DNA of 64,000 nucleotides from an uncultured Chloroflexia bacterium (GTDB lineage Bacteria > Chloroflexota > Limnocylindria > Limnocylindrales > CSP1-4): NCBI GenBank assembly GCA_963754485.1, contig CAVWFY010000006.1, positions 83,205-147,204 on the forward strand, in the 5' to 3' direction. The notes under the pieces were generated by a model, which was given only the letters and a program-made list of their open reading frames with translations, was not told where the DNA came from and ran no database searches. The position numbers and the translations under genes were made by a program. Below are positions 39,627 through 48,983 of the stretch, in pieces (position 1 is the first letter of the stretch; every line of letters starts with the position of its first letter).

Positions 39627-40661
39627 TCAGACCGCCTCTTGCCGCACCTTGAACACGCGGCGGGTGAACGGGATGCGGAACTCGCGGAAGACCTCGACCG
39701 AGACGAGCGTGCCGGCGAACAGGAAGATCACGCCCAGCAGCTCGCCCAGGAAGAACGTCTCGGTGATGCCGAAGCGCGACAGGCCCGACGTCAGCGACGG
39801 GATGAAGCCGCCGATCGCCAGCAGGATCGTCGCGGGGACGCGCGAGTTGAGCTTGCCGGCGAACAGGGCGGTGACCGTGCCCGGGATGGAGGCGAGGAGG
39901 TTGACGGTGATGGCGATCGGGGCGATGGCGAGGTTGACCAGGAAGCGTCCGACGCCCCGCGTGCGCGCCAGGTCGTAGCGCATGACCCGCTTCTTGGGCA
40001 TGTACATGTACGTGCTGTAGAGCGCGCCGAGGGCCAGCGCGAAGCCGCCCGTCACGTTGAACAGCGGGGTGAGCAGCCGGACGGATCCCGGCATCGCCGT
40101 GCCGACCGGGATGCCGTTGGCGTCGAGTGCATATCCCGGGGGCGGGATCACCGCGGTGAGGACGATGGGGATCGCGACCACGGAGCCGCCGATGATCAGG
40201 GCCCCGGCGATCCAGGACCAGCGCCCGGTGCCCCGGTAGGTCTCGATGACGATGAGGATCGCGCCGACGGTCGCGATCGCGAAGGCGGCGTAGGGGAGGA
40301 TCCCGGTGTCGGTGTACTGCGCCTTCGCCTGGGCGAGGACCGTGAACAGGCCGGCCAGGACGACCGAGAAGGCAGCGCCGTACCCGAACCGTGTCTTGCC
40401 CAGCAGGTACATCGTCCCAAGGCCCAGCCAGGCGGCGACGTAGACCGCCCCGATGAGGTACCAGACCCGGTACAGCGGCTCGCTCCAGCCGTAGGCGCCA
40501 CCCAGGAACTCGGTGCCGGCGGAGATCCCGTACCAGACCATGCCGATCGTCCAGATCAGCTGGTACGAGCGTCGCCGCTCCAGCCACTGGTCCAGCAGGA
40601 ACAGCGCGAAGACGAAGCTCAGGAGGGATGACAGGAAGGGGAGCAGGACGTTGGGCTGCAC
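39627..40661 (-). CDS. Uncharacterised polytopic membrane protein (paralogue B of 2397-3488)
   Basis: Shared LLDQW.ERR..QL.W, LYR.WYL.GAV..AAWLGLGT.YLLG, MPKKRV, SRVPATIL, EVFRE.RIPFT; GAGGTG RBS. Confidence 0.85.
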   Translation of the reverse strand: MQPNVLLPFLSSLLSFVFALFLLDQWLERRRSYQLIWTIGMVWYGISAGTEFLGGAYGWSEPLYRVWYLIGAVYVAAWLGLGTMYLLGKTRFGYGAAFSVVLAGLFTVLAQAKAQYTDTGILPYAAFAIATVGAILIVIETYRGTGRWSWIAGALIIGGSVVAIPIVLTAVIPPPGYALDANGIPVGTAMPGSVRLLTPLFNVTGGFALALGALYSTYMYMPKKRVMRYDLARTRGVGRFLVNLAIAPIAITVNLLASIPGTVTALFAGKLNSRVPATILLAIGGFIPSLTSGLSRFGITETFFLGELLGVIFLFAGTLVSVEVFREFRIPFTRRVFKVRQEAV

Positions 40662-40703
40662 GCGCGGACACCTCGGTTTCCCGGGACCTCGCCCGGTGAT
40701 CGA

Positions 40704-40773
40704 ACAGTATCGACCTGCACGGGGTGCCTCAATGTGCCCATGGATGATGCGCAGGCGAGATTTGCCCAGAATC
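40704..40773. promoter_or_regulatory. Minus-strand promoter TTGAGG-17-TACTGT and candidate operator TTTGCCCAGAATC (copy 2, 40761-40773)
   Basis: Read directly in the divergent intergenic region. Confidence 0.55.
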
Positions 40774-40880
40774 GGTCCCCCGGAGGGCATGGATCGTTGG
40801 ATACCCATCCGGGCAGCCACGTCGGGCGAATAGGTGGTCGAACCCGAGACAGGCCCCCCGCACCTGGAGCACCCGCCCCG

Positions 40881-41540
40881 ATGAACATCCGCAGGAACGT
40901 CTCGCTCGCGCTCGTCGGCGCGGCCTTCACGACGGCCATCGCCGTCCCCGCCGTCTCCGCGGCGACGCCGGTGAACGCCCCCGCCGGCTCCGTCCTCGAC
41001 CTGCTCGAGGCCGACGGCACCGCCTTCGACGGTAACTGGTACGACTTCGACATCCTCGAGGCTGCCGCGCGCGTCGTGGTGGACGGCAAGCCGGGCACGA
41101 CTGTCGCCGCGCTTGCCAACCCGGCCGCCAGCCTGACCGTCCTCGCCCCCAACGATCGCGCCTTCCAGGTCCTCGCCCACAGCCTCACCGGCAAGTGGTA
41201 CGGCACCGAGGCGGGCGTGCTCGGCGGCATCGCCGGCGCCATCACGAACGGCCTCAAGGCCGACCTCGAGGACACGCTCGAGACGGTCCTGCTCTACCAC
41301 GTCATCGGCGGCAAGGCGACCTTCGCGGACGTCAAGGCGCTGAGTGGCAAGTCCGTTCCGACGGTCGGCGGCGGCTCGATCGGCATCAAGTACTACCCGT
41401 GGCTCAACCTCGTCGTCCTGCGTGACGCGGACACCGACGACGCGAACCCGTGGGTCGTCAACAGCAAGCGCAACATCGCCGTCGGCAACAGCATCGTGCA
41501 CGGCATCAGCCTGGTGCTGCGGCCCATCAACCTCCCGTAA
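40881..41540 (+). CDS. Secreted fasciclin (FAS1) domain protein
   Basis: Signal peptide, TVLAPNDRAF, VLLYHVI, IVHGISLVL. Confidence 0.88.
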   Translation: MNIRRNVSLALVGAAFTTAIAVPAVSAATPVNAPAGSVLDLLEADGTAFDGNWYDFDILEAAARVVVDGKPGTTVAALANPAASLTVLAPNDRAFQVLAHSLTGKWYGTEAGVLGGIAGAITNGLKADLEDTLETVLLYHVIGGKATFADVKALSGKSVPTVGGGSIGIKYYPWLNLVVLRDADTDDANPWVVNSKRNIAVGNSIVHGISLVLRPINLP

Positions 41541-41588
41541 CAGTCCCGCGCGGGCCTGACGGCCGGCGCAGTCACAAGCAGCGTCCCG

Positions 41589-41635
41589 GACGGGGCCTGG
41601 CCACAGCGGCCGGGCCCCGTCTCCATGTCCGGCGC
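41589..41635 (+). terminator. GC hairpin followed by the same 18 bp repeat (41618-41635)
   Basis: GACGGGGCCTGGCC-N5-GGCCGGGCCCCGTC after the fasciclin gene. Confidence 0.55.
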
Positions 41636-41717
41636 AAGGCCGTCCTCGTGTCCGGCATAAGCCCGGGCGAAGTCCGGCGTACGTCCCCGGTGAGCGGTCG
41701 TCGTCACCCTGCTCCTC

Positions 41718-42416
41718 ATGAATGACACCGAGAAGCGACGCGCCAAGCGCCGGCGCAAGGCCGGCAAGTCCTACCGGACGACGGACCTCGGCAACGGCAT
41801 GGTCCAGGCCACGCCGGAGGCGGTCCTCCGGGCGATGGGCGGGCTGCCCCCGGACCTCGAGTGGCCGGTCATGGCACCCAACGTCATCCCGATCCTCCCG
41901 CGACGCCGCCCGATGCCACCCCAGGCCGGCGAGCCGTTCCGGGTGACCCTGCCGCCGGGGATTCCCACCGGGTTCGGGATCGACATCGGCCCCGCGTTCC
42001 TGGTGGTCGGCGAGTCGCTGCTGGCGAGCTGGTCCATCGGTCCGGCCGACCTGGTCGCGACGGCACTGGCGAACCTCCGGGCGCGGATGCAGGCGCTTCG
42101 GCCTCGGGACCTCGTCCGGCAGTCGCTCGACGGCGTGCCGGTGCGGATCCTCCAGTCCGGCGTGGGCTGCGCCTCGGCGCTGGTGCTGGTCCCGGACGAG
42201 CTGCGACGGATCGTCGGGCCGGACCCGCAGCTGCTGATCGCGCCGATGCGCGACCTCGTGATCTCCATGCCCCCCGACACGGACCGGGCGTTCGCGGCCT
42301 GGATCAACGACGAGTTCGCGGAGATGGATCCCAACGGCCTGGCGCTCGACGCGTTCACCCTGGCCGACGGCGAGCTGCGCTACGAGGCGCTTCGATCGCC
42401 GATGCGCTTCTCCTGA
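41718..42416 (+). CDS. Hypothetical protein
   Basis: 232 aa ORF with typical high-GC codon usage; basic N-terminus; no family recognised with confidence. Confidence 0.7.
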   Translation: MNDTEKRRAKRRRKAGKSYRTTDLGNGMVQATPEAVLRAMGGLPPDLEWPVMAPNVIPILPRRRPMPPQAGEPFRVTLPPGIPTGFGIDIGPAFLVVGESLLASWSIGPADLVATALANLRARMQALRPRDLVRQSLDGVPVRILQSGVGCASALVLVPDELRRIVGPDPQLLIAPMRDLVISMPPDTDRAFAAWINDEFAEMDPNGLALDAFTLADGELRYEALRSPMRFS

Positions 42417-42444
42417 ACGCCGCCGCCGCTACAGTGGGTTCGAC

Positions 42445-43669
42445 ATGACCAGCCGGCCGAACCCCAACGCCCGCGTGCTCCGGTACGCCGGCTACCGATC
42501 GTTCGCCTACCTCGAGGGCCGGCGCGGACTACCGGCCTTTCCACCTCGCGTCCGAGACCGATCGGGTCCCGCCGTTCTTGGTGGACGTCAGCGACGCCGA
42601 GGAGGATCGGGCCTGGCGCCTGCTCGCGGCCCACCCGGCGATCTCGCTCCACGACCACCTCGAGGTGGCCCCGGACGACATCACGCAGCAGGACGAGTGG
42701 GTCCGCGAGGCGCACCTGGCCACGGGCTACGAGGGGCTCGCGCGCTCCGGTCTGGCCGCGGTCTTCGAGAACTTCGGGGACGGCACCGCCACCATCACCA
42801 GCAGGAGCGGCTGGAAGTGGTCCGACGTCATCCACGACGTCGGGATGCGCTACGCGGACTGGGCCCACCAGGACTTCGCCGTGCGCGCGGAGACGGTCGC
42901 CGATATCCACGCCGCCTTCGGGAGCGGCCGGGTGGCGCTGATCGGGGCGCTGGAGGCCGCGACCCCCATCGAGAACGAGCTCGACCGCATCGATGTCCTC
43001 TACGGCCTGGGCATCCGGATGCTGGGCGTGGTGTACAGCGATAGCAACGCGCTGGGCTCCGGCTGCCGCGAGACGCGGGACGGCGGGCTGACGGTGTTCG
43101 GCTGCCGCGCGGTGGAGCGCATGAACCGGCTGGGCATGCTGATCGATGTCAGCCACGCCGGCGACGAGACCAGCCTGGACACGATCCGCCTGTCCAGGGC
43201 GCCTGTGGTCATCAGCCACTCGGGCTCGCGCGCGCTGTGGCCGATCAGCAAGTGCAAGCCGGACGCGGTGATCAAGGCGTGCGCGGAGCGGGGCGGCGTC
43301 ATCGGGATCGAGGCGGCACCCGGAACCACGATGGTCAGGCCGGACCTCGTCGAGGCATCCATCGAGACCTTCATGCGCCACTTCGAGTACTGCGTGGACC
43401 TGGTGGGGATCGACGGCGTGACCTTCGGGCCCGACACGTTCTTCGGCGACCACGCCGGCAGCTACGGCATCCCGAGCGGCGCCCTCCTCGCGAGCGGCGA
43501 CTCGGAGTACGACGCCGTCGTCCCGGAGTACGTCGTGGGCCTCGAGAACATCGGCGACTTCCCGAACATCGTCCGCTGGCTCGTGAAGCACGGCTACTCG
43601 GATGACGAGATCGCGAAGGCCATCGGCGGCAACACGCTGCGCGTGCTCGGCCAGGCCTGGTCCGGGTGA
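42445..43669 (+). CDS. Membrane dipeptidase (M19) family; frameshift near 42520
   Basis: LHDH, GALE, MNRLGMLIDVSH, ISHS, GGVIG, FGPD, IGGNTLRV. Confidence 0.88.
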
Positions 43670-43758
43670 CCCCCTGGCCCCGGGGTAACCTCTGACACTA
43701 CGGCAGGGAGCCGCTCGGGAATATGATCGCCTCGCTGGATCGCGCAGGAGACGCACGC

Positions 43759-44541
43759 GTGGGTGTGACCGGGACGGAAGCGCAGCCGGTTGAGGCGCAG
43801 CGGGCCCTCGTGCTTCACGACCGGCCGTTGGTGGTCGATCTCATCGAGCTCACCCTCAATCACGGGATGTTCGTCGTCCGCGCCGTCCAGTCCCTTGCCG
43901 AGGCCGACAACCTCCTGGCTGATTGGCACCCGCAGCTGGTCGTCCTGGACATGGACCACGACGACAGCACGGCCCTCCTCGGTCGGCTGGGGGCCTCCGA
44001 CCAGCTGACCAAGCGCGGGACCCCGGCGCTTGGCCTGACGCGGCGGGGCGACCTCAAGACGAAGCTGCGGGCCTTCGACCTGGGCGTCGACGACATCCTG
44101 ACGATGCCGTTCTCGCCCGAGGAGCTGCTCGCCCGCTCGATCGTCATCACCCGTCGTGCCACGGGGACGGATCTGCCGCTCATCCCGACGATCACCCTCG
44201 GCGAGATGGAGATCGACATCCTGAGCCGCGAGGTGCGGACCGGGAGCTCGGTCATCCACCTCTCCGGCATCGAGCAGAGCCTGCTCTACCTGCTCGCGAG
44301 CCGGAGCGGACGGGTGGTCACGCGCGACGAGATCCTCGACGCGGTCTGGGGCACCGACTTCGTGGCCGAGAGCAACATCGTGGACCGCCACATTCGCAGC
44401 TTGCGGATCAAGCTCCAGAACGACTACCGCCAACCGCGCTTCATCGCGACCGTCCCGGGGCGGGGCTACCGGTTCATCCCGACGTTCTCGAACCGGGGAT
44501 GGGCCGGCGAAGGAGATCCGGGCCACAAGCCGCAGCCCTGA
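43759..44541 (+). CDS. Orphan atypical OmpR-family response regulator
   Basis: Winged helix (SNIVDRHIRSLR, TVPGRGYRF); receiver has LHD and TMPF instead of (E/D)D and KPF; TATGAT -10 at 43722, AGGAG RBS. Confidence 0.85.
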   Translation: MGVTGTEAQPVEAQRALVLHDRPLVVDLIELTLNHGMFVVRAVQSLAEADNLLADWHPQLVVLDMDHDDSTALLGRLGASDQLTKRGTPALGLTRRGDLKTKLRAFDLGVDDILTMPFSPEELLARSIVITRRATGTDLPLIPTITLGEMEIDILSREVRTGSSVIHLSGIEQSLLYLLASRSGRVVTRDEILDAVWGTDFVAESNIVDRHIRSLRIKLQNDYRQPRFIATVPGRGYRFIPTFSNRGWAGEGDPGHKPQP

Positions 44542-44594
44542 TCGACGCCGCGTCTTCTGCGAACAACGCGCGCCCGTCCGGCGTGCGCCGGCCA

Positions 44595-44611
44595 CATGAC
44601 GAACGGTCATG
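44595..44611. promoter_or_regulatory. Operator-like motif CATGAC-N5-GTCATG (site 1)
   Basis: Matches the island motif; ATGCCG-17-CACATT follows on +. Confidence 0.45.
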
Positions 44612-44683
44612 CCGTGGCCGTGCATCGCACCCACATTGTCCCCAGAGTCCCAGCGACTCGTCGTTGAGAGGCCGAGGCCGGCC

Positions 44684-45580
44684 TCAGGGGTTGCCGCTGA
44701 ACGTGTCGCACCCGTCCGGTGACTCCGCCTCGTAGCCGGCCGTGAACCACTTCTGGCGCTGGGCGGACGAGCCATGGGTCCACGTCTCGGGGTTCACCTG
44801 GCCCTGCATCTCCTGCTGGATCCGGTCGTCGCCCACGGCCGACGCGGCATCGAGCGCGTCGGCGATCTCGGCCTCCGTGAGCGGCACAAGGTAGCCCGTC
44901 GCAGCCGCGTTGCCCGCCCACACGCCCGCGTAGCAGTCGGCCTGGAGCTCGACCCGGACCGACTGCCCGGCGGCCCCCTCCTGGCTCGCCCCGCCCGACA
45001 ACGTTCCGACCAGGTCCTGGACGTGGTGCCCGTACTCGTGGGCGAGGATGTAGGCCTGTGCGAACGGCCCTCCCTGGGCGCCGAACGTCGAGCGGAGCTC
45101 GTCGAAGAACCGGAGGTCGATGTAGACGTACTGGTCGTTCGGGCAGTAGAACGGGCCGCTGGCCGACGACGCATTGCCGCAGCCGGTGCTGATCTGGTCG
45201 GTGAAGAAGCGGGTCCTGGCCAGCACATACTGCTGGCCCGAGGCAGCGAACTCGTCGGTCCAGTAGGCCTGGATGCTGTTGACGTAGCCGACGATCCGGC
45301 AATCCTCGCTGGCGTTCGCGTCGGCCCCGGTCTGGCACTCGGCCGCCAGGGCGCTGCTGGCCGGCCCCGGCTCCTCGGCGCCACCGCCGATCGTCTGGCC
45401 GACGAGACCGCCGACCGTCTCGCCGGTCTCAGGGCTGCCGCCCAGGAGCACCCACACGAGGGCGACGATGATCCCGATCCCGCCGCCTCCGCCGACCATC
45501 AGGCCGCGCCCGCCGATCCGCGAGCCGCGGACGTCCTCGACCTGTGATGGATCGAGCTTCGCGCCCGTGTTGAACGACAT
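44684..45580 (-). CDS. Neutral zinc metallopeptidase (YpfJ family)
   Basis: [34 protein letters not shown]. Confidence 0.92.
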   Translation of the reverse strand: MSFNTGAKLDPSQVEDVRGSRIGGRGLMVGGGGGIGIIVALVWVLLGGSPETGETVGGLVGQTIGGGAEEPGPASSALAAECQTGADANASEDCRIVGYVNSIQAYWTDEFAASGQQYVLARTRFFTDQISTGCGNASSASGPFYCPNDQYVYIDLRFFDELRSTFGAQGGPFAQAYILAHEYGHHVQDLVGTLSGGASQEGAAGQSVRVELQADCYAGVWAGNAAATGYLVPLTEAEIADALDAASAVGDDRIQQEMQGQVNPETWTHGSSAQRQKWFTAGYEAESPDGCDTFSGNP

Positions 45581-45646
45581 CTCAGGAGGCTCCCGCGGGC
45601 GACGCGCTCACGGCGGGCCGGGACGCCACCGGGCCGTCTCCCGGCG

Positions 45647-45733
45647 TCACAACCTGATGACGCCGACCAGGATCAGGATCACCACGACGATGACAATCAC
45701 GCCGATGATCCCGACGCCGCCGCCTCTGTTCAT
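45647..45733 (-). CDS. 28-aa single-pass membrane peptide MNRGGGVGIIGVIVIVVVILILVGVIRL
   Basis: Translated by hand; GGGAG RBS 6 nt upstream; not in the ORF track. Confidence 0.7.
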   Translation of the reverse strand: MNRGGGVGIIGVIVIVVVILILVGVIRL

Positions 45734-45862
45734 CTCGATCTCCCGTTCGATGACCGCCAGGACCGTTGAGCCGTCGCGTCGGGAGCGGGTCGCGCTCATG
45801 TGCGTGGTGCCTCGCCGCGACAACGCCTAGGCTATGCCAGTGTCTCGTCCAGTCTCCGGCGC

Positions 45863-45883
45863 GTCATGACGGTCGATCATCAC
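45863..45883 (-). promoter_or_regulatory. Operator motif site 2 overlapping the -35
   Basis: GTCATGAC-GGTCG-ATCATCAC; minus strand ATGACG-17-GACACT. Confidence 0.6.
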
Positions 45884-45963
45884 CTGCCGGCGTCGCGACC
45901 CGAGGAGGACGCGGCTCGATCACCCGCCAGATCGCCCCCCACGATCCTCGCGCCTCGGGGGAC

Positions 45964-46392
45964 TCATCGATCGTTCCCCTTGCCCGGGAGTCGACCGGGA
46001 CGCCCGCGGACGCCGCCGAAGGGTGACCCCGGGCGGGTGGCCATCGCTCCGACAGCGAAGAATGCCGGCGCGATAGCCGCGAGGGTGATGAGGCGGGGGG
46101 CGCCGGCGAGGTGGAGCCCGGTCGCCAGCCCGATCGAAGCTGCCCCGAGGAGCCGCAACGATGGGTCGGACAGGACCTGAAGCGTGGTCGTGGTCTCCTG
46201 GACGCCGAGCCGGGTGCGTTCAGCGGCATCCGGCAGGCGTCCGGCGACGCGCTCGGCGCCGGTCCGAGCGTTCTCGAGCACCTCGGGAACGTGATCGACG
46301 GCGCTCTCGAGCGCGACCCGGATCTGGCCCGCTCTCGAGCGCGTTTCGTCGATGGTCTCGGTGGCCCTGGTGTGGGCCTCGGCGGTGGTCAT
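45964..46392 (-). CDS. Small helical protein with C-terminal hydrophobic hairpin (paralogue of 49521-49886)
   Basis: GAASIGLATGLHLAGAPRL; AAGGAG RBS. Confidence 0.7.
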   Translation of the reverse strand: MTTAEAHTRATETIDETRSRAGQIRVALESAVDHVPEVLENARTGAERVAGRLPDAAERTRLGVQETTTTLQVLSDPSLRLLGAASIGLATGLHLAGAPRLITLAAIAPAFFAVGAMATRPGSPFGGVRGRPGRLPGKGNDR

Positions 46393-46510
46393 CGGGTCTC
46401 CTTCATGGGATTCGCGCTGTGCATGGCCGACCCTGGTCGACTCCGGGGCAAGCCCAGAGCCGCACCGTGCGGATCCCCTGAACGGCCCGCTGCCGCGGTG
46501 ACTCGCCGGG

Positions 46511-46693
46511 TCAGTCGTGCCCACCCTTGTTGAGGGCGTCCTGGACGTCGCCCAATCCGTCCTGGGCCTTGCCCTGGACCTTCTGGACCTTGCCCTTCGT
46601 CTCGAGCTTCTTGTCGCCGGTCACCTTGCCGACGCCCTCGTTGACGGTGCCCTTGACGGTGCTCACGGCACCCTTGACGTGCTGGTCGGTCAT
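46511..46693 (-). CDS. CsbD-family stress protein
   Basis: KGTVNEGVGKVTGDKKLETKGK..K.QG.AQ. Confidence 0.88.
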   Translation of the reverse strand: MTDQHVKGAVSTVKGTVNEGVGKVTGDKKLETKGKVQKVQGKAQDGLGDVQDALNKGGHD

Positions 46694-46959
46694 GAGGCGG
46701 TTCCCCTTGCTCCGCGCGACAGGAAGAGCCGCGCGACGAAGATGACGACGATGGCGCCGAACACGGCGACGACGAGGCTGGAGAGGTTGAAGCCCGTGAT
46801 GTCGGCGATGCCGAGCACGGACCCTGCGATGAAGCCGCCGACCACGGCGCCGACGATTCCGAGGACGATCATCATGATGAGGCCGTCGCCCCCACCCATG
46901 ATCAGGTTGGCGATGAACCCAGCGAGTGCGCCGAGCGCGATCCAGGCGATGATTCCCAT
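46690..46959 (-). CDS. GlsB/YeaQ/YmgE transglycosylase-associated membrane protein
   Basis: MGIIAWIALGALAGFIA, IVLGIVGAVVGG, SLVVAVFGAI. Confidence 0.9.
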   Translation of the reverse strand: MGIIAWIALGALAGFIANLIMGGGDGLIMMIVLGIVGAVVGGFIAGSVLGIADITGFNLSSLVVAVFGAIVVIFVARLFLSRGARGTAS

Positions 46960-47048
46960 GGGAACAGTTCCTTTCGTGGCGCGCCCGCCAGTGACGGGTC
47001 ACGATGAAAGCGGGGGATCACCCGCCCGCTGCGGGGACCGCGATGCGG

Positions 47049-47468
47049 TCAGACGGTTGCTGCGGTCGATCGGCGTCCGAAGAGCCCGATGACCCAGAGC
47101 ACGATGAGCTCGAGGATCGTCCAGCCGACGAAGGCCACGATGGCGGTGATGTCGAGGACCGAGCCCGCCGAATGGATCGAGTCCGTTCGCAGGATCCCTT
47201 CGAACGGCGCCACGAACACCTGGCTGATGTTGAGGACCGCGGACACGAGGGCGTTGGCCTCCCGCGCGTCGAGCAGGAGCAGGACGATGCGCGCCCCGAT
47301 GACGATCTGGATGAGCCCGAAGGCGAGGACCACGATGCGGCGGGCAAGCTCGGCGCCGCCGGGGCCCGACCTGGTGGTGCGCTTGCTGTCCGTCTGCACG
47401 GTCGCCTGGCCCGTCGCCGTGGGTTCCTGGGTGGTGACGACCGTCCGGTCGACTTGATCGACTGCCAT
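47049..47468 (-). CDS. YggT-like small membrane protein
   Basis: R.VLLLLDA...N..V......S..FVAPF.GI; two to three TMs. Confidence 0.7.
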   Translation of the reverse strand: MAVDQVDRTVVTTQEPTATGQATVQTDSKRTTRSGPGGAELARRIVVLAFGLIQIVIGARIVLLLLDAREANALVSAVLNISQVFVAPFEGILRTDSIHSAGSVLDITAIVAFVGWTILELIVLWVIGLFGRRSTAATV

Positions 47469-47576
47469 GGAGCTCTCCCGTGCCTTCTGCATCCGGGGAA
47501 GCGGGGCCTGGCGACCACCGCCGGGCTACTCGCCGGCCAATGCTGTGGTTGCAGTAGGCACCCGGGCCGGCACGGT

Positions 47577-47656
47577 GTCATGACGGTCGGTCATTCCGCC
47601 AGGGTGTCGTGAACGGACCGTCCCGCCCGCCTCCCGCGATGACGAACCTTCATGAC
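47577..47656. promoter_or_regulatory. Two operator motifs (sites 3 and 4) in a divergent promoter
   Basis: GTCATGAC-GGTCG-GTCATTCC (47577-47597); GCGATGAC-GAACC-TTCATGAC (47636-47656) with ATGACG-17-CATGCT on +. Confidence 0.6.
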
Positions 47657-47737
47657 GCGCCCGTTGCGGGGAGGCATGCTGACCGAGCCCTGACCCAGGG
47701 CCGGCGGCCACTCAGCCAGGCAGTCGAGGATTGCACC

Positions 47738-48565
47738 ATGACCAACGGTCGAGACAGCAGCGCGACCTCCGGGCCCGACATGACGGTCGTCCGGCGGGCC
47801 GTAGATCCTGAGGCGCTGTTTGCCGACCTGGCTGCTGCAAGGCTCGACCGTGGGATTGCGGGTGACGACACGGCCGCCTCCGACGCCGACCGCACGGCGT
47901 CCGAACGCGATGACGCGGCTCGGCGCCGGGAACGGCGGGCCCTCCTGGTCGAGGACGCCATCGCGGGTTCCGACGCTTCCGTCGCGGAGAAGGTCGAGCA
48001 GTTGCGGCAGCAGGCGGCCCACGATCGTGCCGGTGCGGCCGCGGAGCGCGAGCGAGCTGCCGAGGAACGGACCGAGGCGACTGCCGAGCGCTCCCGTCTG
48101 GAGGCGGAGCTTCACGGCGCGTACCTCGATGGCCTCACCGGAGCGTTCCGCCGGGAGGTGGGCCAACACGCGCTCGCACTCGAGATCGACCGCGCCCGTC
48201 AGGCCGACGGGCGCTTCGTGCTTGCGCGCATCGACGTGGATGGCCTGGGGGGCATCAACGAACGAGCCGGTCACGCAACCGGGGACCACGTGCTCAGGAC
48301 ACTCGTCGCGATCATGCGGTCAGGCCTCCGATCGTACGACCCCATCGTGCGCATGGGGGGCGACGACTTCGCATGCGGGATCGCCGGGGCCGGGCTCGAC
48401 GAGGTCGACCTCCTCTTCTACGAGGTCGAGCGCTCGATGCAGGCGGACACGGGAGTTGGGATCAGCGTGGGCACGGCCGCCCTCGCCGTCGGCGAATCGA
48501 TTGAGCAGATCACCGCCCGAGCCGATGCCGCCCTGCTCGACACGAAGGGGTTGCGCCCGGCCTGA
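47738..48565 (+). CDS. Coiled-coil plus GGDEF-domain protein with variant GGDDF motif
   Basis: DGLTG, IDVDGL..IN..GH..GD.VL, RMGGDDF, ADAAL. Confidence 0.82.
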   Translation: MTNGRDSSATSGPDMTVVRRAVDPEALFADLAAARLDRGIAGDDTAASDADRTASERDDAARRRERRALLVEDAIAGSDASVAEKVEQLRQQAAHDRAGAAAERERAAEERTEATAERSRLEAELHGAYLDGLTGAFRREVGQHALALEIDRARQADGRFVLARIDVDGLGGINERAGHATGDHVLRTLVAIMRSGLRSYDPIVRMGGDDFACGIAGAGLDEVDLLFYEVERSMQADTGVGISVGTAALAVGESIEQITARADAALLDTKGLRPA

Positions 48566-48733
48566 CGGCCGGCTTCGGCTGCAGCCGGCCGAGTTGGTGG
48601 ACGCCGACAACCGGTTCGCCACCGCCCCGCCGTAGTCCGTGCCGTCGGTGGTGTCGGTCGGGATCGGTGCGGACGGTCGGAAGCCGGCGAGGCACGTTGG
48701 CGCCACGCCGGCCGCCTCGGAGCGGGGGGTGGA

Positions 48734-48919
48734 TCAGCCCTTGTCCTTGGGCTTGTTGAGGGCGTCCTGGAGATCGCCGAGCGCCTCCTGGCCGCTGCCC
48801 TGGACCTGCTTCGCCTTGCCGTGGATCTCCTGGCCCTTGTTGCCGGTCACCTTGCCGGCGACCTCCTCGGCCTTGCCCTCGATCTTGCTGACGGTTCCCT
48901 TGACGTGCTCATCGGTCAT
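48734..48919 (-). CDS. CsbD-family stress protein (second copy)
   Basis: MTDEHVKG...GKVTGNK...GK.KQVQG..QEALGDLQDALNK; AAGGAG RBS. Confidence 0.88.
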   Translation of the reverse strand: MTDEHVKGTVSKIEGKAEEVAGKVTGNKGQEIHGKAKQVQGSGQEALGDLQDALNKPKDKG

Positions 48920-48983
48920 GTCGGTGCTCCTTGTGCGTGTCGCGTTGCGTTGGGGTGGTCGCCGAGCCCGCCGGCGCCGCGCT

